From IMG/VR virus record IMGVR_UViG_3300045988_149737: a stretch of DNA of 64,000 bases; one strand, given 5' to 3'. A program made the translations under genes and the position numbers. The DNA comes from a virus (taxonomy: Duplodnaviria; Heunggongvirae; Uroviricota; Caudoviricetes). The notes beneath the pieces were generated by a model. It had not been told where the DNA came from. It did not search any database and worked only from the letters and a program-made list of their open reading frames with translations. Numbering within the stretch: position 1 is the stretch's first letter; every line of letters starts with the position of its first letter. Below are positions 58,591-64,000 of the stretch, one piece after another.

Positions 58591-58664
58591 GTTAATCGGT
58601 AAGTATATACTTACTGTTAGCGCAATGAATGCGTAGAATTAACGGAAAAAGGAGTTTTCCATCA

Positions 58665-59411
58665 ATGTCTAATACCCATGTAAAAAACATCAAACTTGGT
58701 GCCTGTAAGGTGTCGTTTGGTGGTGTGGATTTGGGTTACACCAAAGGTGGTGTTCAGGTTGAAGTAGCCACTGAAACGCTGAAAGTCACCGTCGATCAGT
58801 TGGGGCAGACCGTAATTTCCGAATTAGTTCAGGGGCGCAACATTACCATCACCGCGCCTCTGGCTGAGTCTGTACTCCAAAACATGGTTGACCTGATGCC
58901 TGGTTCTACTCTGAGCGAAGATGACAACTCTGTCACGATCACATCTGCACAGGGCGTTAACCTGATTGATGTGGCGAAGGAGCTGGTTCTGACTCCGCAG
59001 GACACCACCGACTATGTGTTGACCATCCCGAAAGCGGCAACCGCGGGCAACTTCACTATGACCTACCAGTCTGATGATGTTCGTGTGTTCTCTGTTCAGT
59101 TCAGCGCATACCCGGATGATGAAGGCGTTCTGGGCAAAATGAGCGGCCCTAAACCGGTAAAAACCGTGTCGATCAAACCGGAATCTCCAAATGTAAAAGC
59201 AGGGGAGACTGTGCAACTGACAGCCGAAATCACTCCAGCTGATGCCGCAGACAAAACCGGTGTTTGGGAATCCGAAGACCAGGAAAAGGCCACGGTAGAT
59301 CAAACGGGTCTGGTACGTGGTGTGGCGCAGGGTTCTACAAATATCTCCTTCACCAGCAATAGCGGTGGTAAGAAGGCAACGAAGTCAGTAACGATTAACC
59401 CCGCAGATTAA
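58665..59411 (+). CDS. Major tail protein with C-terminal Ig-like (Big_2-type) domain
   Basis: Start at ATG with aaaaaggag RBS; C-terminal about 80 aa resembles the Ig-like repeats of the decoration protein; lies upstream of the chaperone and tape measure genes. Confidence 0.6.
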   Translation: MSNTHVKNIKLGACKVSFGGVDLGYTKGGVQVEVATETLKVTVDQLGQTVISELVQGRNITITAPLAESVLQNMVDLMPGSTLSEDDNSVTITSAQGVNLIDVAKELVLTPQDTTDYVLTIPKAATAGNFTMTYQSDDVRVFSVQFSAYPDDEGVLGKMSGPKPVKTVSIKPESPNVKAGETVQLTAEITPADAADKTGVWESEDQEKATVDQTGLVRGVAQGSTNISFTSNSGGKKATKSVTINPAD

Positions 59412-59466
59412 TCAGTAATTAAGCAGAGGCTCAGGATGGGCCTCTCTTTTAAAAGGATTTTAACCA

Positions 59467-59784
59467 ATGACCAAATTACTCGATCTAGATTCCATTCTGC
59501 CTCCGAAGAAAAGCATCAAATTTGGCGGTCAGGAATATCCCATCGTTGAAATGACGGTAGGTCTGTTCGTTTCCATCAAGCAGATGGAAGGCAAAGATCT
59601 CATGAACATGTCTCCTGTTGAGCAAGTGACAGCTTATGCAGATCTGGTTCGTAAGGTTATCCCTTCAGTGCCTGATGAAGTTCTTGAAAAACTGACTGTT
59701 CCGCAACTCCAGCAGATCTTCACCTTCGCTATGGAAGTGATTGATGAAGAAAACGAAAAAGCGGCTGGCGAAGGGGCAAAGTAA
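59467..59784 (+). CDS. Tail assembly chaperone (gpG-like)
   Basis: Small acidic ORF between the major tail and tape measure genes. Confidence 0.5.
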   Translation: MTKLLDLDSILPPKKSIKFGGQEYPIVEMTVGLFVSIKQMEGKDLMNMSPVEQVTAYADLVRKVIPSVPDEVLEKLTVPQLQQIFTFAMEVIDEENEKAAGEGAK

Positions 59785-59864
59785 TTTCCCGCGATGAATC
59801 CGGGACAAGGACCGTCTCAATAGATCTCGGATTCTATTTCAGTCGTGTAGTTGCTCACTACGCC

Positions 59865-60134
59865 GTGTCGCCATTAGAGCTACTGAACGTTCCTCTCACG
59901 ATGTTCTGGATGCTCAGTCGCAATATAGACCGTCTGCGTGCGGAAGAGGATGTCCGCAACTTACAAGTCGCTCGTGCGTCCCAGGCGGATGGCGAGGCTG
60001 TGAAGGCGTTCATGGAGGGTTTGCAACTCAGGATTGGAAGACCAGTCGTAACAGATAAAGTCTACGATCCAAGCCAGGATAAGGCAGACCCTGACGCCAA
60101 AGAGCAACTGATGCAAATATTTGGCAGAGGATGA
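59865..60134 (+). CDS. Possible -1 frameshift extension of the tail chaperone (gpT-like) or separate small ORF
   Basis: The -1 frame is open from about 59748 across the chaperone stop; no canonical slippery heptamer seen. Confidence 0.3.
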   Translation: MSPLELLNVPLTMFWMLSRNIDRLRAEEDVRNLQVARASQADGEAVKAFMEGLQLRIGRPVVTDKVYDPSQDKADPDAKEQLMQIFGRG

Positions 60135-60141
60135 CAAGGGA

Positions 60142-63100
60142 ATGTCACAAAACGTAGAGTTTATCCTGTCGCTGGAAGACAAACAGTTTACAGCGTCAAT
60201 CGATCGTGCGGGGAAACTGCTTACTCGATTTGGTGAGCAGGTAACAAAGCCTGCTCAAAAAATCCAAACCTTTGAACGCTCTTTGGGTTCGGTCGCCCGT
60301 ATCATTGGCGTTCTGGAAAGCAAGCTCGATTCTACGGCAGATAAACTACAGGATGTAGCTGCCGGTTTTGAGCTTGCTTCAGATGCTACGCGTAAAATGC
60401 GTGGCAACATCACCAGCCTCAATTCTGGTCTTAAATCCCTGATTGAGCGCGTCGATACGACAACTTCTTCAGTAGATAAACTCACCGCGTCATTACGTAA
60501 AGTGCAATCAGAGCTAAATGATTTCTCTGATTGGGCGACCTATGCAAGCAAAAGCGCAAGCCGCTTTGGTACGGAGGTCAAAGAAGCCTCTGCGTCCGTG
60601 AGTGGCATGAATACGCGCCTTAATACCACGACGAAGCGACTCAGTAATTGGGGTGTCACAACGAGTCAGGCTGCCGAGGGACTGAAAAAGGTTCGTGAGC
60701 AGATGGACGAAGTTATCGGACGTCAGCAACTGATTAGCAAGCCGGTACGCGTTCGTACATCTGGAAGTGGCGATGGTGGTAGCGGGCGGCGTAGCGGCGC
60801 TTCTGGCCATAGCGGTAAAAGTAACGAAGGAGGTATGTTCTCTGGCCTTCGTGGCAACATTTTCCTGCTTGGCGAGATCGGAGATGCAGCCAGAACGGTT
60901 ACTGACATCATGTTTGGGTGGCAGAAGCCTATTGTTGAAGCTGCGGCCGAAATGGAACGTATGCGGGTGATGCTTCGAGGGTTGAATAAGGAGAAGTCCA
61001 ACCCGGGCCAGGCTGCCGCTGATGATATGAAGTACATCGTAGACATGGCGCAAAATGCGCCGTTCGCGATGCAGGCGTTAACAGATTCCTTCGTGAAGTT
61101 TCGTTCTGCTGGCTTAGATCCAACCGATGGTTCTCTGAAGGCGCTGGTGGACTCCGTTGCTCGTTTTGGTGGTGATAGTGAGCTGTTGAAACGTGCGGCT
61201 GTGGCCGTTCAGCAGATGTCCGGTAAGGGCGTTGTGTCAATGGAAGAGCTACGTCAGCAATTAGGTGAAGCCGTTCCTAACGCGATGCAGGCAATGGCAG
61301 ACGCCGCAGGCATCACTATGGGGGAACTGACTAAAGCCGTTGCCAGCGGTACGGTTGAGGCAAAACAGGCGTTGTCTCTGATGTTTGTTGGTCTGCGTGC
61401 GGAGAATGAGAACGCAGCGAAAGACATGATGCAAACCTACACAGGTGCGCTGGCGCAACTTCAGACGTCATTCACGTTATTTGCTGATCGGGTTGGTCAG
61501 GCCGGATATCTGGATTCTCTATCGAAGGGGATGAAAGAACTGGCTTCAATCATGAATAGCGCCGAAGGGATTTCGTTTGCCAATTCTTTAGGCTCGGGGT
61601 TAACGACGGCAATCGATGGGTTGCGTCAGCTTGCTCAATGGTTAGCAAAGAACCAAGAGCTGGTAATTAATCTCGGTAAGGTCGTGGCCGCGATGGTTGC
61701 GTTCAAACTGATGCGAGCAGGGATCATGGGGGTAGTTGGCGCAGGCAGCCAGATGGTTAGCACCTTTGCCACGATGGCGACCGCCATACAGACTCCATTT
61801 AACCTCGGCGCTACAGCAGTAACCCGATTCAATCGTGCGGCACGTATGGGGCTGGCTCCGATCCCCTCTCTTATTTTCGCCATCCGTGGGGCGATTACGG
61901 GGCTTAAAGGCGCTTTTGCTGGATTAACGGCGTTCATTGCAGCAAACCCTATAGGGGCAGCATTTACAGTTGCCACTGTAGCTGTTGCTGGCCTAATCAC
62001 GTACATGACCATGCTCCGCAGCGAAACTTCAAAGGTCGTTGACGAGATTAGGAAAATACCAGAGGCGATGACGGCGGCCAAACGTGCACAAATGGCCGAC
62101 CGCGCAGAAAAGCTCGAAAAGCAGATTCTTGCTGATCAACGAGCATTAAAAACTGGTGAGGGTGTTAATTACGTATCTAACTCTGCCGGTGTTATTACTC
62201 ACAAAGAGTCGAAGGCTGACATCGAAGCACGCCTGAAAAAAAATCAGGAGGAGTATCAAAAGATAACCGGCACGATAGCTCTTGGTGACGGCGCTGTAGC
62301 AAAGCGTTTGGCTAAAGAGGCTGCCGAATCTCAGATTGAGAAAATTCGAGCGGAAAACCAGGTTTTCGCGGCAACATTCGTGAAAGCCCGGCAGGAGGCT
62401 CTGGATAAGATCCAGAAAATCAATGATGACGGTTCACTTTCAGATGACGAAAAGAACAAGCTATTGGCACCGTTACGTGAAACGGTAAACAAAAGCTATC
62501 TGGAGCCTGCGCAAAAACTGGTTGATTCACTTTCTTCTCGTAAGAATGCGACAGAGAAGCAAATTGCGACTCTTAATGATCAGCTTGAAAAAGCCAAAAA
62601 GGATGGAAATACCGAGCAGATCCAGAAACTGCAAGGCAGTATTCGTGGTTATCAGGAGCATTTGGAAGCCGTTGCTCAGGAGCTGACTCAGGCAGAGTTC
62701 GAGAGAGATAACGCGGCCAAAACTGGTAAGGGCGTAATGTCAAACCAGGGGACTGTTCTTGGGTTAGGTACAACTGATAAAGCTGCTCAGAAGGCGTTGG
62801 CGCAATATATGCGAAACCAGATGGATTCTGCGACTTATCAGCGTACTTTGCCTGACGGCACTCCGATGATGGACTTCGAAGGTAAGCCGATTATTGGGCC
62901 TAAACAACTCAAGACGCAGCTTAATTTGCAGAAAGCATCCAGTGCCAGCTCTCTGGAGAAAATGAGCGATGAAGAGCGTGCCGCAGCCATTGCCGCACTT
63001 ACTAAAGCTCGTGAACAGGATGCAGCAGCTGCCGAGAAAGCAGCCCAACGATCAGCTAACGCCTCGCAGCGTGCGGCCAAGAAGGAACAGGCAGCGCAAC

Positions 63101-64000
63101 AGAAACTGGCAGCCGGATACCAGAAGGCTCTGGACAAAGCTGATCAGCTTATGGGGCAAATGGGTGAAAGCTCTAAGGCTACGGTATCGTTTGATCAGTC
63201 TCTTCGCGATACAACGAAATCGCTGACAGATTTGGCTAATGCGGTACCTAACGAGTTCATCACTCAAGAGATGATCGACAAGGCGAAAAAACGTCTTGAA
63301 GACCTCAAAAATGCGACACCTGAATATCGCGAGATGTTTAATCGCCGCAATGTTGAGCAGATGATCTCCACTTGGGCACCGGAGGCGGATTCCATTGTTA
63401 GTGCTGGCTATACGCCGTCTCGCGAAGAGAAAGTTGCTGATTTCGAAGACACCTACAACCGCAATCTCAAAGCGTTGATAGAACTTCGTGATAAGGCGTC
63501 TGATCCTAAAGTTGTGGCGCTTTATACAAAGAAAATCAATCAACTGATTGCTGCTGGCAATACCGCGCTTATTAAAGAGACGGGGACTGCGACGCAGAAG
63601 TTGGCACTGGAATACGAAAATCTGGCAGAGCAGATCGAAAGCACCTGGACTGATTTGTTTAGTGGCTTAACTGATGTCCTGACTGATTTCGTTATTAACG
63701 GGAAGATGAGCTTCTCCAGCCTATCTCAGTCCATTTTGAAAGATATCACCAATATGGTCGTGAAGTCGCAGATCACGCTGCCTCTAATGAACATGTTGGG
63801 GATGGGAACCACCGCAGCTGGTAGTTCACAGAGTGGTAATTTGCTCACCGGGGTTGCTTCCGCAGTTGCCAATCAAGGTGTGCGCATAAGCAACACTGTT
63901 AATGGCGACAAGTCGGTAGGAGAAGCCACGAAGGAGACGTCCAGTTCGGTAACTGGATTGGGGCAAACGACACAGCAGACCACCAGCGCAATTGGCACAG
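60142..64000 (+). CDS. Tail tape measure protein, 3' end outside the window
   Basis: Uninterrupted + frame from the ATG at about 60142 to the window end (over 1280 codons), Ala/Gln/Lys-rich coiled-coil with central hydrophobic segments; absent from the ORF track only because it has no stop. Confidence 0.75.
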   Translation, partial: MSQNVEFILSLEDKQFTASIDRAGKLLTRFGEQVTKPAQKIQTFERSLGSVARIIGVLESKLDSTADKLQDVAAGFELASDATRKMRGNITSLNSGLKSLIERVDTTTSSVDKLTASLRKVQSELNDFSDWATYASKSASRFGTEVKEASASVSGMNTRLNTTTKRLSNWGVTTSQAAEGLKKVREQMDEVIGRQQLISKPVRVRTSGSGDGGSGRRSGASGHSGKSNEGGMFSGLRGNIFLLGEIGDAARTVTDIMFGWQKPIVEAAAEMERMRVMLRGLNKEKSNPGQAAADDMKYIVDMAQNAPFAMQALTDSFVKFRSAGLDPTDGSLKALVDSVARFGGDSELLKRAAVAVQQMSGKGVVSMEELRQQLGEAVPNAMQAMADAAGITMGELTKAVASGTVEAKQALSLMFVGLRAENENAAKDMMQTYTGALAQLQTSFTLFADRVGQAGYLDSLSKGMKELASIMNSAEGISFANSLGSGLTTAIDGLRQLAQWLAKNQELVINLGKVVAAMVAFKLMRAGIMGVVGAGSQMVSTFATMATAIQTPFNLGATAVTRFNRAARMGLAPIPSLIFAIRGAITGLKGAFAGLTAFIAANPIGAAFTVATVAVAGLITYMTMLRSETSKVVDEIRKIPEAMTAAKRAQMADRAEKLEKQILADQRALKTGEGVNYVSNSAGVITHKESKADIEARLKKNQEEYQKITGTIALGDGAVAKRLAKEAAESQIEKIRAENQVFAATFVKARQEALDKIQKINDDGSLSDDEKNKLLAPLRETVNKSYLEPAQKLVDSLSSRKNATEKQIATLNDQLEKAKKDGNTEQIQKLQGSIRGYQEHLEAVAQELTQAEFERDNAAKTGKGVMSNQGTVLGLGTTDKAAQKALAQYMRNQMDSATYQRTLPDGTPMMDFEGKPIIGPKQLKTQLNLQKASSASSLEKMSDEERAAAIAALTKAREQDAAAAEKAAQRSANASQRAAKKEQAAQQKLAAGYQKALDKADQLMGQMGESSKATVSFDQSLRDTTKSLTDLANAVPNEFITQEMIDKAKKRLEDLKNATPEYREMFNRRNVEQMISTWAPEADSIVSAGYTPSREEKVADFEDTYNRNLKALIELRDKASDPKVVALYTKKINQLIAAGNTALIKETGTATQKLALEYENLAEQIESTWTDLFSGLTDVLTDFVINGKMSFSSLSQSILKDITNMVVKSQITLPLMNMLGMGTTAAGSSQSGNLLTGVASAVANQGVRISNTVNGDKSVGEATKETSSSVTGLGQTTQQTTSAIGT

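Noticed and set aside
60255-63543. Minus-strand ORFs inside the tape measure gene (60255-60485, 60514-61053, 61635-62081, 62838-63137, 63052-63543)
   Set aside because: All antisense to the continuous + strand tape-measure frame; Ala-rich codons give long antisense open frames.

Overview
The window reads as a siphovirus-type phage genome that also carries a plasmid-style replicon, so it is most likely a phage-plasmid (SSU5/pHCM2-like is my inference, not a database result). Nearly all genes are on the + strand. From left to right: (1) a RepA-type initiator (2404-3459, minus strand) flanked on both sides by about 19 iterons and GATC-rich repeats; (2) a DNA-metabolism block with SbcCD-like nuclease, RuvC-like resolvase, class I ribonucleotide reductase NrdAB, an unusually long thymidylate synthase, DHFR, a P-loop kinase, a DnaQ-like exonuclease, a Dam-type methyltransferase and RNase HI; (3) accessory genes including a TerB-like protein, a large methyltransferase fusion and an RSH-type HD-domain alarmone hydrolase; (4) a LexA-box-controlled gene for an N-terminally truncated UmuD'-like protein lying directly beside an enterobacterial housekeeping segment (apbC/mrp and metG); (5) an array of small early genes, each with its own promoter-like motif and terminator, bracketed by an 0.8-kb A+C-rich G-poor tract and two arrays of GGGAAACGG-like repeats; (6) a low-GC minus-strand island with a lipoprotein and a secreted protein, an SF2 helicase and two ParB-like proteins plus an ABC-type ATPase; (7) a late module with terminase, portal, scaffold, capsid, Ig-like decoration protein, Ig-like major tail protein, tail chaperones and a tape measure protein that runs off the window end. 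No rRNA, tRNA, CRISPR array, integrase or transposase could be supported. The most interesting candidates for undescribed biology are the SOS-controlled pre-processed UmuD', the alarmone hydrolase, the putative long A+C-rich RNA with adjacent GGA-type repeats, the dispersed AAACAA-N-TTGTTT palindrome and the low-GC lipoprotein island. All functional calls come from motifs read by eye in the ORF translations and from gene context; no searches were run.
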